Of a stretch of 64,000 bases of DNA, positions 1 through 13,000 are shown one piece after another. Below the pieces are notes generated by a model. The model had not been told where the DNA came from and did no database searches. It saw only the letters and a program-made list of their open reading frames with translations. The stretch spans positions 352,780,001 to 352,844,000 of the forward strand of contig OZ024740.1 in NCBI GenBank assembly GCA_964016885.1. Direction: 5' to 3'. The position numbers and the translations under genes are program-made. Numbering within the stretch: position 1 is the stretch's first letter; each line of letters starts with the position of its first letter. The stretch comes from Eledone cirrhosa. Taxonomy: Eukaryota.

Positions 1-2308
1 GTCATTCTAGGGACGAAGGATTAGGTATACTGGTTAGTACAGTGTCTGGGGAGGAAGACATAGAATGGGTGAGAATAAAAAATCTTGCTGTATGGGTGGG
101 CTTGGATTGAAGTGGTATGCAATTAGCTAGCTTTGAGGATCAGAGCCTGTAGTAGTAGTAGTATTAGTAGTAGTAGAAGAGGCAGTGAGGTGATAGTTTG
201 TGTGTGAACTAGAGGCTGGAGTGTTGGTGAAATAGATTTTGCCAATCGGGATGGTTTTGTTTCAGATGTGGTCAAGGATGGTTTTGTGTGCAGCAGCACC
301 ATCACTACCAACATCCCTGTTGTGGAAGCAATGTTCCATTGTGGCTATCATTTGAGCTTTGTAGAGAGGGAGCAGTTGTTTGGGACTGAAGTATTTTCTG
401 GCACTAAAAAAAAGGGCTGGTTTTTGAGATGTAATTTTTGCTATGTTGAGATCACAAGTAAAATCATTAGGGCATGTTAAGCATTACATTTGTTGTCATT
501 TTCAGAGTTTTAATGGTGTATTGTGTAAGCTTGCCACTTCAAACAGTCTGTCTAGGTTTGAGTCCTTTTTTAAATACCAGATTGGTCTTTGAGGGAAGTT
601 TCACTGTATTTCCTGCAGGTTGAGCTACTGTGTAAAGGTTGTCTTGTTGTTGTTGAATTTTAGCTCCAGGTCAGCATTGATCAATCAAATAGATGATGAA
701 ATATGTTCCAGCCATGACCATGTCGTCTTTTTGGGAGATAATGCATCTAAAACTACATTATCTAATGTGTCCTTTTTTGAGAGGTGAGGTAGGGGAATTG
801 ACTGTGATTTCTAACAAGTTCACTGACTGCATAGAGGTTCTTTTATTGCTTTATAGTGGCTTCCAGTTAATTAACTGTGAAGAGGCACATTCATTGGCTC
901 TTATTTTCCTTTTTGTGATTTTTGACTCAGGGTCACCCCTGACCCAGCACACTTATGGTTAAAAGCATTCCAGTTGTGATCATCCCATCTTTCTTTCAGT
1001 CTTGAAATTGAATAGCTTAATGTGTTTTTCCTTTTTTTAAGATGGTTGTTTGCAGAACATTTGGTTATTATTTTTAGCAAGTTGAACAACCACCTTAAGA
1101 TTCCTTCCTTAACCTGTGTGGTTCTCTTTGCGAATTTGTTAAGATGTCGACATTGAGTCAATTGAGAAAACTTACACAGTAGTTCTTTCTTTATTTTCTA
1201 AAGATAGACTCTTTAAATGGCCCACAATTAAAAAGTAAGAGTTATTTCTAAAAGTGGACACATGAACTTTTAATGAGAATAGATTATGAGAAATGAATGA
1301 ACAAGTCTTTCATGTTGGTAATTCCTGGAGACCTGCTGTTAAGTGTATGTCACTAATTGTATTCAAGTAAATAATTGAATTACAGAGTGTAACGTCTGCC
1401 AATGTGTGAAATTATCATTACTATTATGATTAATTTACAACAACAAAAGGCATTTTAAGACCATCTCCCCTGCTAAAGCAGGCGTTAACTTTGTGGGCAC
1501 CATGACAAGCTTCTCCAATTTTTCATATTGGCTGTTTCGCCCCATCAACCTCTTGGCTTTCATTTCCTCCACCATCATTTTTATCTATGTTTTTCTTGGT
1601 CTTCTTCTTCCACATTCCTTTCCATCACTCCTCTCACTTAGTTACTTTCATCCTTCCTCAACACATAACCCAACCATCTTATTCCATTTCTATTCACATT
1701 TATCACTGCTATTTCCAGCATTCTCTGCAATCCATTGTTAGTCTGACTCACTCTCAGTGATACTCTACTCATCCACTGGACCATTCTCATTTCTGTTCTT
1801 TCCAGCCTTCTCTGTTGCTCCAAATCTATCATCCATGTCTTTCTCCCATAAATCAGGGCACTCCTCATACATGCAGCATACACCTATCCTCTCAGTTTCA
1901 ACGACACATCCAAGCACTCTCAAGTTCATTTATGTCATCTTCTAACATAGTTTCTCTCTTAGAGTCTCCCAAACTGTTGCTTCTTTTAACCTCCACACCT
2001 TCAGCCTTGGTTGATATTTCCTCTGTTAATATCACAAAAATGATTAACCTGAAGTAGGTTGTGTAGTGGCAGAAGTTGTAGGATACCAAAATAAATGCTT
2101 TACATTCTGAGTTCAAATCTTATTTGCATTGATAAAATATATACTAATTCACAGCAGTTACATAATTGGGTTGGTTTTTTTAATTACACTTCTTCCTTCA
2201 GATGTGTCTTTTTAGGCCTACATTGGAATTCACTATTATTATCATTGTACTATCTAGTTGCTGATGAGTTGATCTTTGGGTTTCTTGTGGCACATTCTAG
2301 GCAATAAT

Positions 2309-2488
2309 TGTTTCTACTTTAGGCACAAGGCCAGCAATTACCCAGTGCATTACTGGTACTTTATTTTATCTACCCCGTAAGGATGAAAGGCAAAGTCAAC
2401 CTCGGCGGGATTTGAACTCAGATCGTAAAGGGACGTAACTATGCTGGAAAGCATGACGTCCGACCCTCTACCGATACTGCCAATCCAC
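2309..2488 (-). mobile_element. Young tRNA-derived SINE (short subfamily) with perfect 18-bp target-site duplication
   Basis: On the - strand: A-box-like TGGCAGTATCGG, B-box-like GAGTTCAAATCC and central GCCTTTCATCCTTACGGGGT..ATAAAATAAAGTACCAG. CACATTCTAGGCAATAAT is repeated at 2291-2308 and 2489-2506. Nearly identical to the copy at 26349. Confidence 0.9.
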
Positions 2489-2602
2489 CACATTCTAGGC
2501 AATAATATCTGTTACTTAGCTTCAAGCTTTCTCTGAACTTCAATTAAGCCTTTTATAGAGTACACTCTATCTTGCATTTACATTCTCTAAAACATATTGT
2601 TT

Positions 2603-5600
2603 CATCATCATCATCATCATTTTACGTCCGTTCTTCCACGCTAGCATGGGTTAGAGGGTTGTCCTGTTGTGGGCAGTGTCCAGTTGGCTGACCTTGTCTT
2701 GCTCATACAGGAACTGATTCTGAATTGATTTCTACAGCTGGATGCCCTTCCTAACACCGACCTCATTTACAGTGAGTGCTGGGTGCTTTTTTCCGTGGTG
2801 CCTACACGTCCACTTTACAGTGTGGGCTGGGTGATTTTTTGCAGTGGGAGGGTGTGGGGGCATATTGTCTATATGCTTCAGCTTTGGCTTGTTCCTGTGG
2901 GGAGTCGGGTCGTCTGTATTACTGCGTTACGCCAGAGGTCACAATCGTGTGTCATTGCTCTTGAGAGGTGCAGTTGGGTAAGGTCGGCCTTTATCACCAC
3001 ATTCCAGGTCTTCTTGGGTCTCCCCACTCTGCAGCTTTCATCGACTTCTAGTGCTCTGCACCTTTTTATGCTGCTGTCATCCTTCATACGCATCACATGT
3101 CCATACCAACGTAACCTCCTCTCCTGCACACAGCATTTGATTCCTCTTATGCTCAGTCTCTCTCTCAATTTGTTTATACTTTGCCGTTCACGTATATTAC
3201 TGTTACACATCCATCGGAGCATGCAGGCTTCGTTTCTTTCTAATCTGTGCAAGTCTTCTACAGACAGCGCTCAGGTCTCACTACCATGTAACATTGCTGT
3301 TCATATACACGCATCATACAGTCTGCCTTTCATTTTGAGGGAAAAGCCTTTTGCAGCTAGCAGTGGCAGTAGCTCCCTGAACTTCTTCCATCCCGTTCTT
3401 ACCCTAGTTATTGCACTTTCCAAACACCCACCTCTGCTGCTAATTCGGTCATCTAGGTAGAAGAAGCTGTCTACTGTTTCTACAGAACCCTCCCAGAGTT
3501 TGGTGGTGCTTGATTCCTGTGGTCGTTTGCTGCTTGCTGTCCCAGCGCAGCTGCTACATATGAAGCCTATATTCTTAGTTAAACTTCCTGAGATCCCACT
3601 ACACCTCTTGTGTACCCATTGTTTGCATTTGGAGCAGAGGATGGAGTTCCTACCTACACCTTTACTACATACTGAGCAAGGCCATTTCCCTGGGAATCTG
3701 GGTTCTGTTTTCTCGTCTACTTACAAGAACCTTTTATCTTTGTCAGGTTGACTTTGAGACCCTTTCTTTCTAGTCCCTGCTTCCATGTTTGGAATTTCTT
3801 CTCTAGTTCCACCATGGATTCAGCTATAAGTGCGAGATCATCCACATACAGGAGTTCCAATGGGTATCCGGTCTTAAACTCCTCCGTTATTGTCTGCAAA
3901 ACTATAATGAACAGGAGAGGGCTAAGAACAGAGCCCTGGTGGACACCGACCTGTATGCTAAATTCCTTGCTATATTCATTGCTAACTCTAACTTTGCTGA
4001 CTGCTCCTCTATACATGGCTTGTACAGTTTTCACAAGCCATTCATCTACTCCTAATTTTCTAAAAGCCCACCAGATTATAGCACGGGGGACTCTGTCGAA
4101 GGGCTTTTCCAGATCGACGAATGCCAGGTAGAGCGGCTTACGTTTAGCTAGATACTTTTCCTGTAACTGCCTCACAAGGAAGAGGGCATCAGTGGTGCTT
4201 TTCCTGGTACAAACCCAAATTGCATCTCATCTAGTTTCACCCGGTCCCTAATCAACTGTACTATAACTCTTTCTGTTACTTTCATGACCTGGTCCATCAG
4301 CTTTATACCTCTATAGTTTCCTCTATCTAGTGCATCACCTTTACCTTTGTAGCAGTTGACAATGATGCTGCTGCATCAATCCTTTGGTATGATACCCTCT
4401 AGTATTACCTGGTTAACAATTTGTGTGGTTATGGTGTGACCTACCGACCTAGATGCCTTCAGCATCTCGGCAGCTATACCCGATGGACCGGTTGCCTTCC
4501 CTGTCTTCATATCTTTGATTGCCTTACTTACTACGCCTCTGCTGACTTGTACTGCTGGCCCCTCTATAGGGTCCACTTGGAGTAGGGTCTCTTTTTCCCA
4601 TGCATTCTCCTCGTTTAGTAATCTTTCATAATGGCTCTTCCATGTAGCTTTCTTCTTGGCACTTGTGAGTGCAAGCTCACCATTATCATTCCAGATACAC
4701 TTCTCTCCAATGACATCACAATTCTCTCTGACACACTGCCTCACAATCTTGAACACCTCCTGTTTCTGGTCCTCACGTTGCATAACATGCTTGAATTTTC
4801 TATCCTCTGCTTCTCTTCTAGCTAAGTATACTTGTCACCTAGCTTCCCTCCTGGTCTCTATGTAATGTACCCTGCTACCCCCGTTCTTCCATTCTTTCCA
4901 TGCCTGTCTCTTAGTCTTAACTGCCTCAATCTACCTTATTGTTCCACCACCAAGTCACTCTCCTCCTCCCTGTGGACTTGCTCCAACCACAGATCTCGTC
5001 CGTCGCCTTTAGTAAGTTATTTTTTAGGAACTCCCAGTGCTCTTCTACATTGAATGGTCTCTATCTGTTCTTCTTTACTGTCATAGGCGTTGAGTAGAAT
5101 ATCTTTAAACCTGTTACTGACTGAGGGGTCTTTCAGCTTCCAGATCTTTCTTCTCCAGGTTGCCTTCTGTTTCCAGGTTTGTCTAGTTTTGACAGCGAGG
5201 TCGCTGACAACTAAGTTATGTTGGGAGGTATATTCCTCACTTGGGAAGGCTTTTGTGTTTAAAACCGTCCATGTATCACGCCCTCTGATGAGGATAAAAT
5301 CTATCTGACTAGAATGCTCCCCTGATCTATAGGTAATCAGATGGTTGTCGGGTTTTTTGAAGTTTGCGTTACATATCAACATGTTATTGGCGTCGGAGAA
5401 TTCCAGAAGCCTGAAGCCTTCTTCATTTCTTGTGCCAAACCTGTGGCCTCCATGGACTCTATTGAAGCTGCCACGGCATTTACCTACATGTCCGTTGAAA
5501 TCTCCTGTAATGATTAGGAAGTCATTGTCGCTTGTTAGGGCAGTAGTGTGCATTAGGGACTCGTAAAATCTATTCCTAAGTTCGTCTGGCAACCCCGATT

Positions 5601-6555
5601 GGGGTGTGTAAGCTGATATTATTGTGGTAATTGTTTTATTCAGGACTAGTCTGAGTTTAATGATTCTTGCATTCACCCTGTTCACTGAGATTACCTTATC
5701 TACCCATTTGTCAGTTAATAGTATACCTACCCCTTCCATCCCGTTGTCATTTCCCACCCAGAAAAATTTGTAGCATTGACTTTTGCCTACGAGGACTCTA
5801 GTGGACTCTCCTCTCCTTGCACACAGCATACATCAATTTCCTTTCGCTCTAGCATCTCTACAATTTCTCCTGCTCTTCCTTTCATTGTGCTTACATTGAT
5901 GGTTCCAAATCGGAGTTTTGGGCATTTGCCATCACTCATACAATGGGTTGAATTTTTGCGGGTGTGTGTGTATGCAACCTGTCTCTGGATTGAAGCTTTG
6001 AATGGGTGTTTGGTAGCTTGTGGATTCATATTCATTTATTAATTTGGGGTTGTTCCATTTATCCCCAGCTCATCCATAGATATCAGTAAGGAGTTATTAT
6101 TATTTAGTGCAGGGCTAGAAGGACAGTTGTAGTAATAATGGCAGAGTTTGTTGGGACTGGTAAGGGCTAGGAGGGCAGTAGTAGTAGTGTTTGTTGGGGC
6201 TGATAATGGGTCGAGTAGCCTATGGTGGTGAGGTGATTGGGGGTGGGAGGGAAATTGTGAGAGAGATAGGCAGCCAGCACACGTATATCATCATAGGAGA
6301 TTTTGGAATAAAATAAACCGGAATGAATGAATGAGAGAGAGAGAGAAAGAAATGTGATGAGTTAAGGGAGAGGTCTAATAGCCAACGTGGTGTAGCTCTA
6401 AAAATTGATAACAGTAAAAATTACCAGTGTGAGCAGGGCATTTTGAAATTGAGAAAGAAGGAAGGCAGATAGCTACGAGAAAGGAGAATAATATTTACGG
6501 ATGAACTGGGTACTGAAGGTATTTAGGAATCCATGTAGACTTTCAGAAATCAGAA
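2603..6555 (-). mobile_element. Near full-length but frameshifted RTE-clade LINE (APE endonuclease, RT, PHD-like finger)
   Basis: ORF pieces: 5787-6035 (GTINVSTM..DVCCVQ), 5017-5829 (GDFNGHVG, QIDFIL, SQHNLVV), 4376-4783, 3717-4175 (FVDLEKPFDRVP, GVHQGSVLSPLLF, LLYVDDL) and 2878-3252 (RRLRWYGHVMRM, GRPKKTW). (CAT)n tail at 2603-2620. Candidate 7-bp TSD ATTGTTT at 2596-2602 and 6556-6562; the 5' boundary is tentative. Confidence 0.9.
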
Positions 6556-6869
6556 ATTGTTTAGTGTAATTAATTAATTGATAAGACTGAAACTGATATG
6601 ACCAATCAATCTTTTTCCTGCCATGGAGAGATTAAGATATTTGTTTACATTTGTTCAGTGTCTTGATTACATACTGCAGGGACAACTTAAAAAAGGTCAA
6701 AGAAAACACCCGAAAAAGAAGCAACTACAGAGGTATCAATCTAATGAATCATGTTATGATAGTTACTGAGAGTTGTAGCATCACTTATTAGCTAAGAATA
6801 AGCCATTAGACTTAGTGTCCATTGGTTTCGAGAAGGCATTTGATAGGGTTCCACATTCTGTTGTTTGGT

Positions 6870-8372
6870 TCTCTCTTGGCTTCTCTCCTGCACACCACCT
6901 CAGATTCTTTTTAAACCCAGCTCCTCCCTCAGCTCATCCAAGCTCTGCTTTTCTTTCACACTTACATTGCACATCCAACAAAGCATGGTTGCTTCTTTTC
7001 TTTTCAGTCTACACATGTCCTCTGCAGTCACGTGCCTCACACACATTCATCATACAGTCATCCATTTGTATGTAGGGAGAAACCTTTTGTTGTCCACAGT
7101 GGGAATAGCCCTCTAAACTTCTGTCATCCTATCCTTATTCTAGCTATTATACTCTCGACGTATCCTCCTCTACTGCTAATTAAGTCACCTAGATAGCAGA
7201 AGCTATCAACCACTACTATGGACCTTTCCTATGACTGGAAAAGGTTTGGATCATTGGCACTCTTCCTCTCGATTACTCCTACAGGCAAAGTTCTCTCTTC
7301 CTGTTAGTCAACTCGTTATCCCACTACATCTTTTGTGTACCCAAGATTTACATTGTGTGCATTGTATGGAGTTTGTGCCTACTCCTTTTCTATACATTGA
7401 GCAGGGCCACTTCCTTGAAGGAATCTGGGTCCTAGCACATTAGTTTTGGCTAAGTTTACTCTCAGACCTTTTGATTTCAAATTCAGTTTCCATTATCGAA
7501 ATTTATTTTCTCGTTCTCTTTTGGTTTCAGCTATAAGGACCAAATCATCTGCATAGAGAAGTTCTTGTGGACAGCCTGTTTTTAAACTCCTCTGTTATGG
7601 CCTGGAGAACTATGATGAACAGTAGTGGGCTTAGAACTGAACCTTGATGAACTCCTGCTTGTACATTGAATTTCTCATTAAACTCACTTCTTACTCTCAC
7701 TTTAAAGACAGCTACTCTGTACATAGCTTACACTGCTCACACAAGCAGTTCTCCTACACTTAATTTCCTTAAGGACCACCAGATAATAGATCGAGGTATT
7801 CTGTCAAAAGCCTTTTCTAAACCAACAAAAGCTAAATATAGTGGCTTATTTTTGTCTAGGAATGTCTCTTGTAGTTGTCTCATTAAGAAGAGGGCATCTG
7901 TAGTACTTTTCCCAGGCATGAAACCAAACTGTATCTCATCTATTCTGACTCTTTCCCTAATTAGCTGTGCTACAACTCTTTCTGGTGCTTTCATAACATG
8001 GTCTATTAGTTTTATTCCTCTATAGTTGTTCCTATCTAGGGCATCACCTTTGCCCTTGTAGCAATTTATTATTGTATTTGTTGTGCTAGTCATTAGGTAT
8101 ATCTCTGTCTTGTATTATTTGATTGACTATGTGGGTTACTAGTGTAGCTCTTAACTCTCCTGATGCTTTTAGCATTTTAGCAACTATTTCTGACGGTCCC
8201 GCAGCTTTACTGTTCTTCATCTCCTTGATTACTTCTTTGACCTTAAAATCGTCAACTTCAGTAGCTGGTCCTTCTTTTGTTTACGTTGGGGGTAGTTTCT
8301 CTTCCTTCCTTTCAGTCTCTACATTCATCAATCTCTCACAGCAACATTTCTAGGTTTCTTTCTTTTGGGCAT
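6870..8372 (-). mobile_element. Degenerate internal fragment of a related RTE LINE, preceded by a short oppositely oriented RTE scrap (~6715-6875)
   Basis: ORF 7737-8093 reads YKGKGDALDRNNYRGIKL..QFGFMPGKSTTDALF..LEKAFDRIP. The same Cys-rich segment appears near 7280-7420. The + strand scrap encodes NYRGINL and FEKAFDRVP. Confidence 0.85.
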
Positions 8373-8374
8373 CA

Positions 8375-8454
<80 letters not shown>
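8375..8454. repeat. (TG)n(TA)n microsatellite; a second (TA)n run lies at ~8685-8731
   Basis: Read directly from the sequence. Confidence 0.95.
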
Positions 8455-8458
<4 letters not shown>

Positions 8459-8499
8459 GAGATGGCAACATGAATGGACCTGTTATTTTTCTCTAAAAA

Positions 8500-8681
8500 C
8501 ATTTTTTCCGATTCCGTCTTGCCTGTCCCTTCAATCTTTCTGATTTCTCATTCTCATTTCTCCTTCTGATGAAGGTCTAGCGTCTGAAACGTTAAGACGC
8601 TCTTCTTGCTATTTCAAGTATTAAACTAATATATTCCTTCCATATACTGTACCAATTGTATTGTTATTTCTGTTTACCTTT

Positions 8682-8735
<54 letters not shown>

Positions 8736-8990
8736 CATTCCAAACTAGCTGACTAAATATGTGTTTTTCCTCCTGAAAAAAATTTTGTTTACATTTTATT
8801 TCTTTTCTTACTCTTGTCTATCTTTCTATTTCTTTCTCTCTCCCCCCCCCCCCTCCCTCTCTCTCTCATTATCTTTCAATGATGGTCTAACATCTGAAAC
8901 ATTAAAACTTTTTTCTTAGTATATTAGGCACTAAACTAATTTATATTATCGTTGTATTGTTCTCATGTTTTTTCCTTTTGATTTTTCACA
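8500..8990 (+). repeat. Two tandem degenerate copies of a short repeat with a hammerhead-ribozyme-like core (Penelope pLTR-like)
   Basis: CTGATGA-AGGTCTAGCGTCT-GAAAC-GTTA at 8566-8594, with a decayed second copy (ATGATGGTCTAACATCTGAAACATT) near 8879-8903. Both are followed by similar downstream sequence (..AAACTAAT..) and (TA)n. Confidence 0.5.
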
Positions 8991-10003
8991 TATAATATAT
9001 ATATATATATAAAATATACATATATATATTAAAAATACCATGTGTAGTTTTAGTGTTAGTATGTATGTGTGTGTGTGTGATTTCTTATAAACAATAATAC
9101 TAAATGCATGTAGTAGAGTATATTTGTTGCAGTGGGCATTTCTGAATCATCATCATTGTTTAACATCCATTTTCTATGTTAGCATGAGTAAGACGTGCTG
9201 TCTTGTTGTGAGGCATCCAGGTCTGAAGATCATGTTTTGCTCACACAGAACTGATTTTGGCTCGGTTTCTATGGCTGGATGTCCCTCCTAACGCCAACCA
9301 CACTGACAGTGTGTAACAGGTGCTTTTTATCATGACACCTACACAACTACTTTAGTGTTGACTGGGTGCTTATTGTCATGGCTCCAGGTTGATCACTTTA
9401 TGGTGTGGATTGGGGACTTGGGTGGCGGAGATGCATGTGGAATTGGGGAGGTAGATATAGGAGTGGGATGATTACAAGGGAGATGTATGGGAGAGAAGGT
9501 GGTGCATACTAGATGTATGCCTCAGCTCCTGCATATGGGAGGATGGGTCTACTGTATTATTGCATGGAGCCGGAGATTAATAAGTAATGAAATGAAGTTA
9601 TTGTAGCTTAAATGATGAGTTATATTATATTCTACATCAAATACATTTTTATATGCTTCCTACCATATGTGATTCACTAATATCTTGTTTTTTGTTTTAG
9701 TTTTTTAAATTATTGTATGCCCTATGAATTGAGGCTCTGTTTATCAATAGACTCTATTTAAAGAAACATCCTGAAAAAATTTAAAGATAACTCCTTCCTT
9801 TATCATCTCAAGTACACTTGTTAAAAAAAACGTGTAAAAAAAATTATCTATGAGTATATGTTCTTTATATCAACATTATCAGTTTGAAATAGTTTGAGCT
9901 ACTTTTACAAGGTCTTCAGCTGCTTATACTTAGTTCTCATGTAAATAAGGATTTCTTTTCAGCAGTTAATTAAAGCTTCTATGTTGGAGCTTGATCTGCT
10001 TGA

Positions 10004-13000
10004 TTTTTTTTTTGATTTTTTTTTTTTAAACACTTTAGTCTTGTGTTGTATCAGATGAAAGAATGGTATTTAACTAATGTATTGGTATGCGATGGGGCCC
10101 ACCCACAGCCCCTCGGACAGAATGGAGAAGGTGTTTCCCTGGAGGATGGCAAGGGAGACGCGCTGGAAAAGCCACTCCAACTCGCAGGGCTCACACCTGC
10201 GGCTGGCCAGCTCAGTGCCTATGGTGGTGAGTAAGAAGGTAGCCCTGGGGCCGAGGACACCAGAAGTCTCCACTGCCAGGGGAACGACTGCAAATCTGTC
10301 AGAGAGCGACCGGTATTTGAGGAGTTTGGCCCCCTCAGCCCGACGTGCAGCAGAACCTAGGTCAGTTGCAGACTGCACCAGGTTGCGGCTGCAGAAAGTG
10401 TCGGTGCAAGTGGCATCCCAGACGAGGACTTTGCCACCATGGAACGGGAAGATGGTCATCCCATCTAGCCTTTTGCCGTCCTCTCGATCCAGCCCCACCG
10501 GCTCGAGCTGGGAAGGGAAGCCTGCAGCGTCCAAGCCATGCTTAATGACCTCATTGAGGGCAGCATGGTGTGGAATGCGGCTGGCACTGTGGCGACAGGA
10601 AAGCGGGTGGAGACCGAAAGAGTCCACGGTGGAACCACAGCGACATTGGTGTGGCTGGCAGATCTGGAGGCCGAGTCTCAGGGAAACGCCGATTCGCAGG
10701 CTATGGTTGTCTAGCTGCGTGCCAGCGGAGAAGGAGGGCAGAGCATGGAGCCAGGCACCACTGTGGAGTTTGGAGGCCGCACGAAAACAAGCAAGGCAGT
10801 GCTGGTCGAGCTGGCGCGTGAGCCTGTCTGAGGCCAGGCTGCACTGGATGGCATCCCAAGTGCATTGGGGGGACTTGACGTCAACAGGGGGAGAAGGAGG
10901 AGGGACGTCTACTGGGCTAAGTCCCAGCCGGTCCCACGTCTCACAGGCGACCTCACGTTCTCTGAACACAGAGGGTTCTGTTGTGTTTTGAAGAACCCTG
11001 CTGACGAGGACGCGGCACGGGGTTGCCGACGAAAGATATGCCGGCAAAGCTAGTGAGATCGGGGACCGGATTCCAAGGCCGCCATACCTGACCGGTAAAG
11101 TGGCCTGTTGCCACTCTATGTCGTCAAACTTGACGTTGCATATCCCCTCGGCTGCTGCTTGGATACAAGTATCGAGGTCAGCGAGGAGAGATGTCTGGGT
11201 GTAGCATGGAGCGCTGCGGAGTGTATAGAGGAGCTTCGGCATGGCGAAGCAGTTCCTCAGCAGAAAGAGAGCTGGGTGGCCATCAATCAAGCCCAATCGG
11301 CTCATGAGAGTCTGGAGCTGTTGAAGCCTGGACCTGATGGTGGAGTGGATGGGCGGCGGGTGGATCAGTGACCTGAGGATGAGGACATCCTCTTTGGGGG
11401 TCACCTGAACCTGGCGGAGAATGGACCGCACGTCCAAGACGGCGGCTGCAAAGCTCGCAGCATCGAGGCTGACGTTCACCATCTCCGACTTGGCCGAGTT
11501 GACCTGGAGGCCGATTCCCGCCAGGCCAGGAATCACCGATTGAAGGTCTTGGCAGACCGTCCACACGGGCCCGCTCAACATAGCATCATCCAGATACCAA
11601 ATGTTGAGAGGGGCCGTGATACTCCGGGCGATGTGGTCAATACCAAGGGCGAACAGGAGGGGTCCCAAAGGGTCGCCCTGTTGGACCCCAGTAGCCGAGG
11701 GTATGACCGTATCAGCAGCTAGAAGCATGCTCGGGGCTCCATATGACAGGTAGGCCAGCGGGTAGGCAGAGGAGGCTCGGCTGAGGCAGGCCTCGAGCAG
11801 ATGATCCCGGCGTAAAGAGTTAAAGGCATTCCTCATGTCAAGCTTGACAATGAGGTGCCTGGTCGGAGACCATCAACACCTCCGCAGCTGCTAGCTTGGA
11901 AGGACCTGATGGCAGACATGATATCTGCATCAGTAACCACAAGGAGCAGGTGGGGGTCAGATGGGGGTATGGGTCTGAGATCAGTGTGTGGCTCAGGGTG
12001 TTTGAGCCGCAGAGCAGCCAGGACCTTCTCGGTGGGTTGGAGGACAGTGTCCTCTGAGGCAACAACTCTGACTGCGGCTGAGACATCACCCATGATAAGC
12101 TTTGCGTTTACCTGGTCATGCAAATGCTTGGCACAGGCCTCGTGGGTGGAGGATAGGGGTTACCTGAGGGTGGGGTGTGTGGCGTCCCTGGGCACGCTTG
12201 GAATGGGCGCTCGCCCAAATGACGAGACAATGGCCTTGATGAAGAGCTGGGGAGGCCGAGGGTGAGTGGAGCAAAATAGAACAACCGCTCCCAGTCACTG
12301 GCTCGATTGGAGTCCAGGGCGCTCTCAATCGAGGAAGCCAGGGCATCGGCTACCAGCACCCGCGCCGCTCTCAGGATCCTTAGTGGGATCTTCCGGAGCC
12401 GCCTGAGCCGACCGATGTTGACCAGCGAGGCTCGGGCGTCAGGCAAGCTCGCTGTCCCATCAGGTGGTTTGTCAGACGGCCGTGGCTGGGAAGACGTGGG
12501 GAAGAGGCAGCTCCTGCATCCCCACGCTGCGAGAGCATTGGAAGCTCGACGAGTCAAGCCAATGCAGGTGAGGTGGTGGAAGCAGCCGCATCCCAAACAG
12601 TTCTGGCTCCTCTTCCGTTTGTTAGTGGTGCTGCAAGTGCTGCAGGTGTCGATTTGGAGGGGTGGGGGATGGGGCGTGGAGCCGGGGATTAGGGCACCGA
12701 GCGGCATCAGGGTGAGTGGGTGGAAGGGAAAGTGCTGGTAAGAGGGAAGCATAGCTCACCTATATATATATGGAAGTGCCAGAAAACGAGAGCGAAAAGG
12801 GGCTGCATGGAGGGGGAGACACAGGAAGGTAGAATGGCAGTAAATGAATGAGTGAATGGATAAAGGGGGGTGGAGAAAACAAGGGGTTGTTCCCAGCGGA
12901 AAGACCCAGAGTTCAGCACGCACACATGCGAGCAACTGAGCAGTTTGTCATAGAACCTCGTGGTTGGTGGTGAGTCACTGATGCTGGGGTTGCCTTCCTC

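Noticed and set aside
1-480. Purine/GT-rich segment with (AGT)n, loosely like the RTE 5' UTR at 6100-6250
   Set aside because: The similarity is too weak to call by eye and no protein motif was found; it may be the end of an element lying left of the window.
2783-3460. 225-aa + strand ORF
   Set aside because: Antisense to the RTE C-terminal coding region; the same shadow peptide recurs at other RTE copies.
10077-10991. 304-aa + strand ORF and other long ORFs overlapping the GC-rich element
   Set aside because: Antisense shadow ORFs of the CRE-like RT-RLE frame, expected in GC-rich coding sequence, with no recognisable motifs.
12630-12765. Possible intron in the CRE-like 5' region (- strand AG|GTGAGC ... 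CTGCAG)
   Set aside because: Splicing would cut into the first PHD cysteines, the reading frame is open without it, and there is no transcript evidence.
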